In this document: one piece after another, positions 41,609-52,566 of the stretch
How the letters are laid out: every line of letters begins with the position of its first letter
Position numbering within the stretch: the first letter of the stretch is position 1
Source of the DNA: Nostoc sp. DedSLP01
GTDB lineage: Bacteria; Cyanobacteriota; Cyanobacteriia; Cyanobacteriales; Nostocaceae
Direction: 5' to 3'
DNA: 57,462 nucleotides
Assembly: GCA_034530875.2 (NCBI GenBank)
Contig: JAVRCJ020000041.1
Location: forward strand, 1-57,462
The notes under the pieces: model-generated
Seen by the model: only the letters and a program-made list of their open reading frames with translations
What the model was told of the DNA's origin: nothing
Database searches by the model: none
Position numbers and translations under genes: made by a program

Positions 41609-42377
41609 TCAAACCCCTTTTTACTTGCTGTCCAAATTCCTTGATGTGTTTGTATCATTATTAATTTTTAGTAAACACCGTGGGCATGTTTTAGCCTCTC
41701 TCCTCAAGACTTTTTTTATTTTTAGTAACACTTTACAGTAACGATACAAAAATCGTGGCGCTAGTCCTAGTCATTGTTGCGATCGGCTTTCCGGTGTCTA
41801 TTTTTAACTGACTGTAGTCTTTTTGACAAGTTGGTTTCGCCCTTTTTTTCTTCATGATTGCAAAATATTAAGTTGAAACTTTTGGTTGATTGACAAATGA
41901 AATGTAAAGTGATAAAGAAATATTACTCAATCTCTGTATAGCTTGCTATAATTAATACCAGTTCTACCTCATCAGCTATACGAAGTGAGAATCATCCAGT
42001 CTAGTATTTTTTTGACTTAAAAACTTAGGCATGAAAATTTGTGCCAAGCCAGTGAAGAGGACTCAGAGCAAGAGGTTTTTGCCTGTATTCCCTTGTCTTT
42101 CCTTACCTTGTCTTTTTATGGTCATCTAAAAGCTAGAGATTGGCAAAAGCTCAAGAGCAGGTGTAAAAAGGACAGATATGCTTAATGTTATTAGGGTCAG
42201 TTCAATCTCTACCATATACTCCCAGTGACTCGTTGCAAGATCCTACGAGTACTGTTTGTTGCAAGATACTACCAACTTGCGAACTAAGCGTATGCCTCAG
42301 CGTAGGCTAGAGATTACTTGTATAAAAAATACAAATTAAATGCATCTCCGTACACATCTACATACACCTCAACATAC

Positions 42378-43709
42378 ATGAAAACGACATTAAATTTGTC
42401 ACGTTTTTATAAAGCATGTAATCCTAGCTACACTTTAAATGTCAGTAACGTGTTAGATCGGCAGTATTACATAGATTTTGCCGATGTACGCGGTTGCAAA
42501 ATTGTCGAAGAATTGCAGCGGACTATTTGCCGTATTTCTCCAGATGAGCCAACCTGCCAATTATTTACCGGTCATATTGGCTGTGGTAAATCCACAGAAT
42601 TGCAACGCCTGAAAACAGAACTAGAATTGGCGGGATTTCATGTGGTTTATTTTGAGTCCAGTCAAGATTTGGACATGGCGGATATTGATGTCAGCGATAT
42701 ATTGCTGAGTGTGGCCCGTCAAGTCAGCGTTAGTTTAGAAGCAATTGGTATCAAACTCAAGCCTAGTTACTTTAGTAATTTGTTTAAAGAAGTAGGCGAT
42801 TTTTTGCAAAGTTCCTTAGATATTTCAGCAGAAGCAGAGTTGTCCTTGGGAATTGCCAAGATTACTGCCAAAACCAAAGATAGCAACCAAATGCGCCATC
42901 AACTGAGGCAATATCTGGAACCACGCACTAACAGTATTTTGCAAGCCATTAACGAAGAAATTTTAGAAAAAGCCGTTCATCAGCTCAAGATGCGGGGTCA
43001 AAAAGGACTGGTAGTGATTGTAGATAACTTGGATCGAGTAGATATGCGTCCATTGGCATCAGGGCGATCGCAACCAGAATATCTCTTTATCGACCGCGGC
43101 GAACAGTTACGCCGACTCAAATGCCATTTAGTTTACACAATTCCCCTAGCGTTAATTTTTTCTAATGAGTACGAGACACTGAAAAATCGTTTGGGGGGAG
43201 GAATTGCACCTAAGGTACTGCCGATGGTGCTAGTGCGACAAAGAGATGGAAGTGACTACGAACCAGGAATGTCCCTCGTGCGCGAGTTAGTCCTGGCTAG
43301 AGCTTTTCCAGAAGTTCCTGTGGATGAAAGACTATCACTAACTACAGAATTATTCGATAACCCCGAAACTTTGGATCGTTTATGTCGCGTTAGTGGCGGT
43401 CACATTCGTAACTTATTGGGTTTACTTTACAGCTGCTTGCAACGACAAGATCCGCCTTTTTCTAGCGCCTGCTTAGAAGCCGTTATTAAGGACTACCGCG
43501 ACGATTTGCTGTTAGCGATTGACGAATGCCAATGGGAATTACTCTTTGAAGTAGTGCAGCAGCAGAGAGTAAAAGGCGAGTCTGACTACCAAAGTTTACT
43601 GAGAAGCATGTATTTGTTTGAATATCGCGATCCTGTAGGGCGCTGGTTTGGCATCAGCCCAGCCCTAGCAGAAACAGAAAAAGTTTTGGCTTGGCTAAAA
43701 CATAAATAG
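42378..43709 (+). CDS. P-loop ATPase (STAND/KAP-like, cyanobacterial family)
   Basis: Walker A GHIGCGKST, Walker B VVIVDNLD, SGGHIR; ATG 42378 is the likely start (ORF track 42318). Confidence 0.85.
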   Translation: MKTTLNLSRFYKACNPSYTLNVSNVLDRQYYIDFADVRGCKIVEELQRTICRISPDEPTCQLFTGHIGCGKSTELQRLKTELELAGFHVVYFESSQDLDMADIDVSDILLSVARQVSVSLEAIGIKLKPSYFSNLFKEVGDFLQSSLDISAEAELSLGIAKITAKTKDSNQMRHQLRQYLEPRTNSILQAINEEILEKAVHQLKMRGQKGLVVIVDNLDRVDMRPLASGRSQPEYLFIDRGEQLRRLKCHLVYTIPLALIFSNEYETLKNRLGGGIAPKVLPMVLVRQRDGSDYEPGMSLVRELVLARAFPEVPVDERLSLTTELFDNPETLDRLCRVSGGHIRNLLGLLYSCLQRQDPPFSSACLEAVIKDYRDDLLLAIDECQWELLFEVVQQQRVKGESDYQSLLRSMYLFEYRDPVGRWFGISPALAETEKVLAWLKHK

Positions 43710-43920
43710 CACTATTGGGTAAATTAACTGTGATTAGTCATTTGTCCTATGTGACAAAGTTCTCATGTCTTCTCTACCAGAGGCTATGCCAACGAGAGGT
43801 TACGCTAACGACAAGCCGTCGTCCGGGCTTCTGCGAGGGAAACCTCCACACCCTGCCTTTGCGCTTTGCAAATCACAAATGACTAATGCTCCATGCCTCA
43901 TTCCCCATACTTAATACCCA

Positions 43921-46900
43921 ATGACCAAAGAAAATCAGCATACTTTGCAAAGATTGATTAGAGCGATCGCCCTTTCTGAAGGTCAATTTGCTCTAATTTT
44001 AGTGCGGTGTAACTATGGGCAATTGCGGGAGCAAATGTTACAAAATATTCGCTCTGTCACCAAAGACATTAATATTAGAGAAATCTTTCTCAACCCATCA
44101 GCTACTTCTTTACACAACACAATAGTTTCCCAACTATTTCTAGATAATCCCGCTGTTCTCACAGACTCTTTGCCATCATCTGTTATGGTTTTTGGTATTG
44201 AGTCAGTTGTCAACCTGGAAAACTTAATTACAGGTATTAACCAAGCACGAGATATCTATGCTGCAACTTTTCCATTTCCATTAGTTTTGTGGTTGCAAGA
44301 TGATGTGGCATCATTGCTTTCTAAATTAGCCCCTGACTTCAAAAGCTGGGCAGCAACCACTATTAAATTTGAAATGGCAAAAACAGATTTAATTGCTTTG
44401 ATACATCAAGAAGCAGACTCTTTATTTGCCAAAGTTTTAGAAGCAGGTGCCGAAACATTTTTATCTAACGCTTCTCTAGATTTAGATCCTAAATCCCAAC
44501 ATCGCCACGAAATAGAATCAGCACGTAATGATTTGTTGCGTCTATATGGATTTAAATTAACGCCAGGATTAGAAGCCAGTTTAGAGTTTGTTTTAGGGCG
44601 GGATAAATACGCTAACGATCAAATTAATGGTGCTTTAGCCAATTATCAAAGAAGCCTAGCATTGTGGCAGCAGGAAAGCAAAAGAGTAGCGCAGTTGGAG
44701 ACTGGAAAAGTAGGGAAAGCTGGCGAACAATTGCTCTTATTCCCCTCATGTTCCGCATCTCCCTCATCTTTACTCAAGCAGGCAATAGTACTATTTCATT
44801 TAGGGCTATGTTATCGTCGGATGGCAGACTTAAACCACAGTGCTAGTAGTAGTTATTGCCAACACGCTCTTTTATGGTTTAAACAATGCCTGGAAATATT
44901 GGAAGAGGTAGAAAGAGAAGATTTAGTTGCTAAATTTATCTCACCTGTTTGTGAAATCCTGCAACGTTTGCAAGCTTGGGATGAGTTGAAACAATTAGCT
45001 CAAAAGTCATTATATCTACAGAAAAATTATGGAAATACAGCGCAAATAGCTCAAAATTATGGTTTTTTGGCAAATGTAGCAGCTTCTGAATCAAATTGGG
45101 TACTGGCTCATGAATTAGCCAATATAGCGCTTTCTATGTGTGAAGCAGCAACAGAAGTTTCCCGGAAGCAAGAAAGTTGGTATCTTCTGTTATTAGCACG
45201 CGCACAACGCCATTTAGGTAAATGGGAAGAAGCAGTCAATAACTTGGAATGGGCGAAGGTTGTTTGCGAGTTACAACATCAGCCATCACTTTACTTAGAG
45301 ATTTTAGAAGAATTGCGATCGCTTTACTTTTGCGAGCGTCATGACTATGCAGAAGCCTTTAAGCTCAAACAAGAAAAAATTCAAATCGAACATCAATATG
45401 GCTTTCGCGCCTTCATTGGTGCAAGTCAGTTGCAGCCGCAACGCTCGAAAATTAACCCAGCATTAGAACCTGAAAAAGTACCCTTTATTCCTGAGGAAGT
45501 TGCCCAAGAAATATCTGCTTCCGGACGACAGCAAGATGTCAATCGCTTCATTGAAAGAATTAGTCGTGCTGACTACAAACTCACAGTAATTTATGGGCAA
45601 TCAGGCGTAGGCAAAAGTTCGATTCTCAAAGCAGGTTTAGTACCAGCCTTGAGAGGAAAAATTATCGGCGATCGCATTCCCATACCTATTGTTTTGTCTG
45701 TTTATACTGATTGGTTGACAATTTTAGTCAGCAGTGTCAACCAAGCCCTAGCACACGTAGGAATATCAGTTAATCTTGACTATACACCGACTATACTGCT
45801 GGAAAACATTCGCCTAGCAACCGAGCGCAGTCATACAATAATTCTGATATTAGACCAGTTTGAAGAATTTTTCTTTGTGAGTAACCCGAGCACGCAAAGA
45901 ATAGAATTTTACAAATTTTTCAGCGAATGTTTAAATATTCCTTTTGTAAAAATTATTCTCTCATTAAGAGAAGATTATTTACATTACTTATTAGAATTTG
46001 AACGTTTGAGTCAGAAAAATAGTACCGAACTATACAATTTAGGAGTAATCAATCAAAATATTCTCGACAAGGATATTCGCTATTATTTAGGAAAATTTTC
46101 CAGCCAGGATGCTAAGGCTATAATTCGTAGTCTGACTCGGCGATCGCATTACGAACTGAGCGATGAATTAATTAATCGATTAGTAGAGGATTTGACAGGA
46201 GAACTAGACGAAGTACATCCAATTGAACTACAAATAGTCGGCGCTCAACTGGAAATAGAAAATATTACCACCCTCGCGCAATATAAACTTTGCGGTGGCT
46301 GGACAAAATTAGTGGAACGCTGGCTTGGAGAAGTAATCAAAGACTGCGGTCAGGAAAACGAAAAATTAAGTTGGAAATTACTATTTGAATTAACTGATGA
46401 CAAAGGCACGCGACCTTTAAAAACTAAAGCTGATTTAGCAACTGCATTAGTTAACAATCACGATATCGATACGTTATCAAATTTTAATATAGTTGGCGAA
46501 CTAATTTTAGAAATCTTGGTAGGTTCAGGGTTGGTATTGCGAGTCAGAGAAGAGTTAGGCGATCGCTACCAATTAGTGCACGATTATTTAGTTGAACCAA
46601 TTCGCCAAAAAAACAATTATGGAATTGCTGCCGAATTAGAAAAAATCAAACTGGAAAAGAAGAAAGCAGAAGTAGCCCAAAAACTGAGTCAACAGCAACT
46701 CAATATAATTTTACAAAGGCGGTTAAGAGAAGCACGTATAGCAGGTGTAGTGCTGGCATTTATGGGAGGAACAATAGCAGCACTATGGTGGCAAGCTGAC
46801 TTACAGAAAAAAGCAGCAGTTCTGCAAACTTTACGAGCTGAACGCGGTGAAACTAACTTAAAAATTAGCGCGATCGCCGCTGCTAGTGAAGCTTTATTTG

Positions 46901-48927
46901 CCTCTAATAAAGAATTTGATGCCTTATTAGAAAGTTTACGGGCTTGGAAACGACTTAAAAAGGTAGAGGCTGTGCAAACAGACACCCGAATGCGAGTAGT
47001 GACAGCCCTGCAACAAGCAGTTTATGGAGTAACCGAGGTCAACCGCTTACAAGGGCACACTGATAGCGTTTGGGGAGTAAGTTTCAGCCCCAATGGTCAG
47101 ATGCTGGCATCAGGAAGTCGAGATAAGACAGTAAAACTTTGGCGTCCTGACGGAACTTTACTCCAAACTCTCACAGGTCATACTGAGGCGGTAAGTGCCA
47201 TCAGTTTCAGCCCTGACGGACAAACTCTAGCCTCCGCCAGCCTCGATAAAACAGTGCAAATCTGGCGTCAAAACCCGATTACAGGTGAATTTTACCCCCA
47301 ACCATATAAAACCTTAAAAGGACATGGAGATTGGGTTTATAGCGTGAATTTCAGCCCTGACGGCGAGTTATTAGCTACTGCCAGTAAAGATGCAACAGTA
47401 AAACTCTGGCGTCCAGACGGTACTTTAGTAAAAATCTTGAGAGGACATCGCCACTGGGTGAACTGGGTCAGCTTCAGTCCTGATAGTCAATTCATCGCCT
47501 CAGCCAGTGACGATAAAACAGTGAAAATCTGGCGACGGGATGGCAAGTTGGTTAAAACTTTACGCGGTCATCAGCTAGGTGTAACCGTGGTTGCTTTCAG
47601 CCCTGACGGTAAACTGTTAGCATCCGCAGGTCGAGACAAAACAGTGAAAATTTGGCGGCGGGAATTTAACGCCAATAAGAAAAGTTTTGACTTTATCCCT
47701 TACAAAACTTTACAGCAGCATAGCAGTATAGTGTGGACTTTAAGCTTTAGTTCCGACGGTCAAAAATTAGCTTCTGGAGGTGAAGACAACACCATAAACC
47801 TCTGGAGTACTACCGGCAGCTTACTTAAAACCTTTAAAGGACACAACGATGCTGTTTCTAGCCTAGCTTTCAGCCCCAATAATAAATTGCTGGCTTCGGG
47901 AAGTTTTGACAAAAATGTGAAATTGTGGAGTTTAGATCCCCCAACACCATCTATTCTCCAAGGGCATGAGGGTCGGGTTTTGAGCGTTGCCTGGAGTCCC
48001 GATGGTCAAATACTAGCTTCTGGTAGCAGCGATCGCACTGTCAAACTCTGGTATAGAGACATCATTAACGGCGAAGTCAAAACTACACTCTACAAGACCT
48101 TGCAAGGCCACACAGATAAAGTTCCTAGCGTCAGTTTTGACCCCAAAGGTGAAATGCTAGCTTCAGGAAGCTATGACAAAACAGTAAAACTTTGGCGGCT
48201 GGATGGTACTTTAATCGAGACTCTGTACGGGCATAGCGATGGCGTGATGAGCGTGAATTTCAGCCCAGACGGCGAGTTTTTGGCATCAGCCAGCAAAGAT
48301 AAAACAGTGAAGATTTGGAACCGTCAAGGGCACTTGCTCAAAACCCTAGTAGGGCATCAGGGTTGGGTGAATAGCGTCAATTTCAGTCCTGATAATCAAG
48401 TTTTAGCCTCTGCCAGTGACGATCAAACAGTCAAATTGTGGCGGCTAGATGGTACTTTGCTGAAAACTTTTTCGCCCCACGACAGTTGGGTATTGGGCGT
48501 CAGCTTTAGTCCCACCGACGAATTGTTAGCTTCTGCCAGCTGGGACAACACCGTGAAACTCTGGCGGCGGGATGGTACATTGTTAAAAACCTTGCTCAAA
48601 GGCTACAGCGATAGCGTCAATGCCGTAACTTTCAGTCCCAATGGAAAATTAATCGCCGCAGCGAGTTGGGACGGTACAGTTAAACTCTGGAGCCGTGAAG
48701 GTAAATTAATTAAAAGCCTCAATGGGCATCGCGCGCCGGTATTAAGCGTCAGCTTTAGTCCAGATGGTCAAACACTAGCATCAGCTAGTAATGACAACAC
48801 GATAATTCTCTGGAATTTAGATCTTGATGATTTAGTTGTTCGTGGTTGCCAGTGGGTGGATGATTACCTCAAACACAACCGCAATCTTGAACAACGCGAT
48901 CGCCATCTTTGTGATGGCATACTCTAA
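43921..48927 (+). CDS. Multidomain protein: degenerate P-loop domain, TPR-like helices, STAND (nSTAND1-like) NTPase, TM segment, 14 WD40 repeats
   Basis: GQSGVGKSS, LILDQFEEFF, SLREDYL, YQLVHDYL; 14 countable GH...FSPDG..LAS.S.D.TVKLW repeats. Confidence 0.88.
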   Translation: MTKENQHTLQRLIRAIALSEGQFALILVRCNYGQLREQMLQNIRSVTKDINIREIFLNPSATSLHNTIVSQLFLDNPAVLTDSLPSSVMVFGIESVVNLENLITGINQARDIYAATFPFPLVLWLQDDVASLLSKLAPDFKSWAATTIKFEMAKTDLIALIHQEADSLFAKVLEAGAETFLSNASLDLDPKSQHRHEIESARNDLLRLYGFKLTPGLEASLEFVLGRDKYANDQINGALANYQRSLALWQQESKRVAQLETGKVGKAGEQLLLFPSCSASPSSLLKQAIVLFHLGLCYRRMADLNHSASSSYCQHALLWFKQCLEILEEVEREDLVAKFISPVCEILQRLQAWDELKQLAQKSLYLQKNYGNTAQIAQNYGFLANVAASESNWVLAHELANIALSMCEAATEVSRKQESWYLLLLARAQRHLGKWEEAVNNLEWAKVVCELQHQPSLYLEILEELRSLYFCERHDYAEAFKLKQEKIQIEHQYGFRAFIGASQLQPQRSKINPALEPEKVPFIPEEVAQEISASGRQQDVNRFIERISRADYKLTVIYGQSGVGKSSILKAGLVPALRGKIIGDRIPIPIVLSVYTDWLTILVSSVNQALAHVGISVNLDYTPTILLENIRLATERSHTIILILDQFEEFFFVSNPSTQRIEFYKFFSECLNIPFVKIILSLREDYLHYLLEFERLSQKNSTELYNLGVINQNILDKDIRYYLGKFSSQDAKAIIRSLTRRSHYELSDELINRLVEDLTGELDEVHPIELQIVGAQLEIENITTLAQYKLCGGWTKLVERWLGEVIKDCGQENEKLSWKLLFELTDDKGTRPLKTKADLATALVNNHDIDTLSNFNIVGELILEILVGSGLVLRVREELGDRYQLVHDYLVEPIRQKNNYGIAAELEKIKLEKKKAEVAQKLSQQQLNIILQRRLREARIAGVVLAFMGGTIAALWWQADLQKKAAVLQTLRAERGETNLKISAIAAASEALFASNKEFDALLESLRAWKRLKKVEAVQTDTRMRVVTALQQAVYGVTEVNRLQGHTDSVWGVSFSPNGQMLASGSRDKTVKLWRPDGTLLQTLTGHTEAVSAISFSPDGQTLASASLDKTVQIWRQNPITGEFYPQPYKTLKGHGDWVYSVNFSPDGELLATASKDATVKLWRPDGTLVKILRGHRHWVNWVSFSPDSQFIASASDDKTVKIWRRDGKLVKTLRGHQLGVTVVAFSPDGKLLASAGRDKTVKIWRREFNANKKSFDFIPYKTLQQHSSIVWTLSFSSDGQKLASGGEDNTINLWSTTGSLLKTFKGHNDAVSSLAFSPNNKLLASGSFDKNVKLWSLDPPTPSILQGHEGRVLSVAWSPDGQILASGSSDRTVKLWYRDIINGEVKTTLYKTLQGHTDKVPSVSFDPKGEMLASGSYDKTVKLWRLDGTLIETLYGHSDGVMSVNFSPDGEFLASASKDKTVKIWNRQGHLLKTLVGHQGWVNSVNFSPDNQVLASASDDQTVKLWRLDGTLLKTFSPHDSWVLGVSFSPTDELLASASWDNTVKLWRRDGTLLKTLLKGYSDSVNAVTFSPNGKLIAAASWDGTVKLWSREGKLIKSLNGHRAPVLSVSFSPDGQTLASASNDNTIILWNLDLDDLVVRGCQWVDDYLKHNRNLEQRDRHLCDGIL

Positions 48928-48995
48928 GCACAGGTATATGGGGCATGGGGCATTGGTTTTTAACAAATCACCAATGACCGATGAATCTTGGTCGA

Positions 48996-49343
48996 TTAAC
49001 CAAAGGAGCGATCGCTCTCCAAAACCTCAGGGGTATTCTCTTGAGTGTCTTCTTCGGACAAATTGGCTAAAAACGCTTGTAATTTCATCCGTTCAATGTA
49101 AGGCCAGCCTCCCTCAGATTCAATATCTTTGAGCAACGAGTAGAGTTGGCGACGGTTGACAGGTAAACTCTCTTGAAATACTCCATCTCGGATTTCTCGG
49201 TGTAACCGTTCTAATTCTCGCAGCAAAGCCAAAAGAGCTACAGTATCGCCTTGGCAACACTCAACTGTATCATGTACCACAGTTGCGATCGCTTGCAGTT
49301 TAGAGGACAAATTCTGTGATTCAATAGTTTTGTTGTTGTTCAT
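48996..49343 (-). CDS. Conserved hypothetical cyanobacterial protein
   Basis: LLALLRELERLHREIR..FQESLP.NR..LY.LLKDIE..GGWPYIERMKL; AAAGGTGG upstream. Confidence 0.75.
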   Translation of the reverse strand: MNNNKTIESQNLSSKLQAIATVVHDTVECCQGDTVALLALLRELERLHREIRDGVFQESLPVNRRQLYSLLKDIESEGGWPYIERMKLQAFLANLSEEDTQENTPEVLESDRSFG

Positions 49344-49806
49344 CCCACCTTTTCCGTGTAAATGAGGTCAACTCAAATTTACCGGAGATTTTTAATTTTC
49401 CCTAGTTTGCCAGTCATAGATTCATTAGTTGTCAATTTATCCAAGGAAACCAACCTTGTATAGAATTCTGCACAAATTTTTTCCGAATTCACTGTAATCG
49501 CCATCTCCCTATCCCTCAGTTCCCACTCCCTACTCCCTAACTCATGGCTGAGTATAACTAAATTTGTATTTTTCTCAAAAGCTTCTAAAACAGCGTAGTA
49601 CCGTTTAGCACAGCATTCACAGGAGCTAGAGGGGATCAAAACATTCTTGCTGGAGACTAGAGTACTTTGATTTTGAGTTAAAAAAAATCGTATGATCTGG
49701 CTGATTTACCCATCAAACAATAAGCGTATGTAGTGGCGTCACATACATAACACAGTTCGATGCAGTTTTACAACTTAGATATTAATTTTTGAGATTGAGG
49801 TTGACC

Positions 49807-50640
49807 ATGAGGTATCGCGCTTTAATTGTTGCATTTTTGGCTTTGTGCCTGGGGCTAATAACTGCTTGTAGTGATGCTCCTACTACTAGTAGTGGTAGAG
49901 ATGTACTCACCTACGAACAAATTCGAGGCACCGGCTTGGCTAACAAATGCCCTCAACTATCGGAAACAAGCCGTGGTTCTATTCCCCTTGATTCTAGCCA
50001 GCGATATACCATCAAAGAACTTTGCTTGGAACCAACAAGTTTCTTCGTCAAAGAAGAACCTGCTAATAAACGGCAAGAAGCAGAATTTATTGCTGGTAAA
50101 TTGTTGACTAGATATACTTCCACCATTGACCAGGTACAAGGCGATCTCAAAATCAACTCAGATAATAGCCTGACTCTTGTGGAAACTGATGGTCTTGACT
50201 TCCAAGCCATTACCGTGCAACTTCCTGGTGGCGAACGAGTACCTTTCCTCTTCACCATCAAAAATTTGGTTGCTCAAACCCAACCCAATTTGACCAGTAT
50301 TAATACCTCCACCGACTTTGAAGGTACTTTTAAAGTTCCTTCTTACCGTGGCGCTGCTTTCCTAGATCCTAAAGGTCGTGGTGTCGTTAGTGGCTATGAT
50401 AACGCCGTAGCTCTGCCCGCCCAAGCAGATGATGAAGAACTCACCCGCACTAACGTCAAGCGTGCTGAAATTCTCAATGGTAAGATTTCCCTGCAAGTAG
50501 CTAAAATAGATAGCGCTAGCGGTGAAATTGCTGGTACTTTCGAGAGCGAACAGCCATCTGATACTGACTTAGGTGCAGGCGAACCTAAAGAAGTTAAGAT
50601 TCGCGGTATCTTTTACGGTCGGGTTGAACCAAAATCATAG
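49807..50640 (+). CDS. psbO: Photosystem II manganese-stabilising protein
   Basis: MRYRALIVAFLALC, GTGLANKCP, FLDPKGRG, SEQPSDTDLG. Confidence 0.97.
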   Translation: MRYRALIVAFLALCLGLITACSDAPTTSSGRDVLTYEQIRGTGLANKCPQLSETSRGSIPLDSSQRYTIKELCLEPTSFFVKEEPANKRQEAEFIAGKLLTRYTSTIDQVQGDLKINSDNSLTLVETDGLDFQAITVQLPGGERVPFLFTIKNLVAQTQPNLTSINTSTDFEGTFKVPSYRGAAFLDPKGRGVVSGYDNAVALPAQADDEELTRTNVKRAEILNGKISLQVAKIDSASGEIAGTFESEQPSDTDLGAGEPKEVKIRGIFYGRVEPKS

Positions 50641-50785
50641 CTAAATCCTCTTGAATTTAAGTAACTGACTGGCATTTAGAATTACGATTTCGTCAGCATC
50701 AGCTTCATCACAAGAGATAATCCTTTACCCATTTTATTTAGGGGGTAGGTAGGTTTTTGCGAAATAGCTATAAATTAACTACAAC

Positions 50786-50808
50786 AAAGGGCATTTTGCC
50801 CTTTTTTT
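50786..50808 (+). terminator. Intrinsic terminator after psbO
   Basis: AAAGGGCA-TTT-TGCCCTTTTTTT. Confidence 0.75.
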
Positions 50809-50849
50809 ATGACTTGCGTAAATATACATACTAACTTTTAACTTTTATT

Positions 50850-51035
50850 TATAGCAGTTGAACCATAGTTGAGGACATAAACTGACCGGAAAACACAGGG
50901 AAAAACTGACTTTCTAGCCTGTTGCTCTTGAGATTCAGCAGCAACAGCCTTTTTGTCACTGCTTCAGGCAGACAAGCCTGAAAAACTGCAAGGACGGGGT
51001 GCTTCAGCTAGTGTTTATTGTCTGCTACCTGCTAT
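50850..51035. mobile_element. MITE-like element (long copy of the 37702-37796 family)
   Basis: TATAGCAGTTGAACCATAGTTGAGGACATAAACTGACCG ... CCTGCTAT. Confidence 0.68.
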
Positions 51036-51624
51036 GGTAATTTTTGAATTCAAAATGAATTTCTTTAAATATATATGTAATTTTACTGTCAATTCAGTTT
51101 TGCTTTCTCCAATGAAATTCTAATTATTGTCGTTTGGTTTCTAGAAATTCACTCCAGCATTACCCAATGAAATTAAGTACAATCTCGGTTTGATATTTAG
51201 TAATTAATTATATATTTTATTTCTATGTAGTTTATAAAACACAACTACAGCTAATACCAAAATTAAGAAAATAATTCAGAAGTCATAATTCAAAGACTCT
51301 TTAGCTTCGCTCTTGACTAGCAATTTAGATTGAAGAAAAGCTGATTTGAGATTTTTTTGGGTTCGTGTTGGACTAACATAGCCAAAATCAAAAATCCTTT
51401 TACTTCTGAATTCTTTGTTGATAACAAGCTAAATATCAACGCATTTAAACCATTTAAATATTGCTCGATGGTCAAGTAATCTATGGAAAATTTTCCGAAC
51501 AATTTGTTATATCTCATAGATTTACTAGGGCATAAAGCACGCTATTTCTTTGATGTTGTGCGCGAACGTAACTGAGTTTAAGCGCGAGTTATTAATTCTT
51601 TATTTGCTCAATAAACCCGGTGCT

Positions 51625-52401
51625 ATGCCTACCACAATCACCAATGAACTAAAACACGAAATTTGGCAGTTGTTACGAGAATATCAGAAATCTCGTTCTG
51701 AAAATGTTCGTAATCAACTGGTAAAACTCAATTTTGGACTTGTGAGAAAAGAAGCTCACTATTGGACAAATCAATGTCATGAGGCATACGATGATTTGCT
51801 TCAGGTTGGATGTTTGGGTTTAATTAGGGCTATTGAAAGATTTGAACTTTCTAAAGGACATGCTTTTAGCTCCTATGCTCTTCCCTATATTCGGGGTGAA
51901 ATTCAACACTATCTACGAGATAAAGGCGTCACTGTGCGGATTCCTCGCAGATGGTTAGCACTGCAACAGCAAGCAATAGGAATTTCACGTTCGTGGCGTG
52001 AAACACACAATCGCCAACCAACAGATTCGGAATTAGCAGCAGCACTAAAAATTTCTCCAAATGAATGGCAAGAAATTAAATTGGCATGGGTGAATCGCGC
52101 TCCCTTGAGTTTAGATGTGCCAGTTCAAGATGGAGAAGAAGGCTCTACTTGTTTGGGAGAATTAGTTCCAGATCCTCACTATCGCAGCTTTCAACTAGCA
52201 CAAGAAGACCAACTGCGCTTGCAACAGGCGTTGGTTCAGCTAGAACAACGTACCCGAGATGTGTTGGAGTGCGTGTTTTTGCAAGATTTGACACAAAAAC
52301 AAGTTGCGGAACATCTGGGTATCAGTGTAGTAACTGTTTCCCGTAGAGTGAAGAAAGGCTTGGATTTAATGAAACAGCTAATGGGTGTGGCAGAGGACTA
52401 A
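51625..52401 (+). CDS. sigF: Group 3 RNA polymerase sigma factor (SigF type)
   Basis: RNQLVKLNFGLV, DLLQVGCLGLIRAIERF, PYIRGEIQHYLRD, TQKQVAEHLGISVVTVSRR; ATG 51625 is the likely start. Confidence 0.85.
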   Translation: MPTTITNELKHEIWQLLREYQKSRSENVRNQLVKLNFGLVRKEAHYWTNQCHEAYDDLLQVGCLGLIRAIERFELSKGHAFSSYALPYIRGEIQHYLRDKGVTVRIPRRWLALQQQAIGISRSWRETHNRQPTDSELAAALKISPNEWQEIKLAWVNRAPLSLDVPVQDGEEGSTCLGELVPDPHYRSFQLAQEDQLRLQQALVQLEQRTRDVLECVFLQDLTQKQVAEHLGISVVTVSRRVKKGLDLMKQLMGVAED

Positions 52402-52566
52402 CTGCCAATAAAGTAGATCCGCAGTTATGCTGGGTTATAGGTGCGAAAAATAACCCCTGAAAATCAGAAAATTAGGTTATAAAGGGAACAGACTTTGCCT
52501 TGAACAAAAATTTCAAGCATGTTGATTTCCAATTTTCAATTTTCCAATGGCTTTTGAGAAAGACTC

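Noticed and set aside
47047..48815. WD40 array as a hypervariable or DGR-type target
   Set aside because: Repeats are well diverged at the DNA level; no reverse transcriptase or template repeat in the window
49379..49639. 86-aa minus-strand ORF upstream of psbO
   Set aside because: Includes translated STRR heptamers (ELGSREWELRDREM) and lies in the psbO promoter region
52484..52492. GGGAACAGA as a SigJ/SigF box before the PilP-like gene
   Set aside because: Lacks the terminal CT of the consensus; too weak to call
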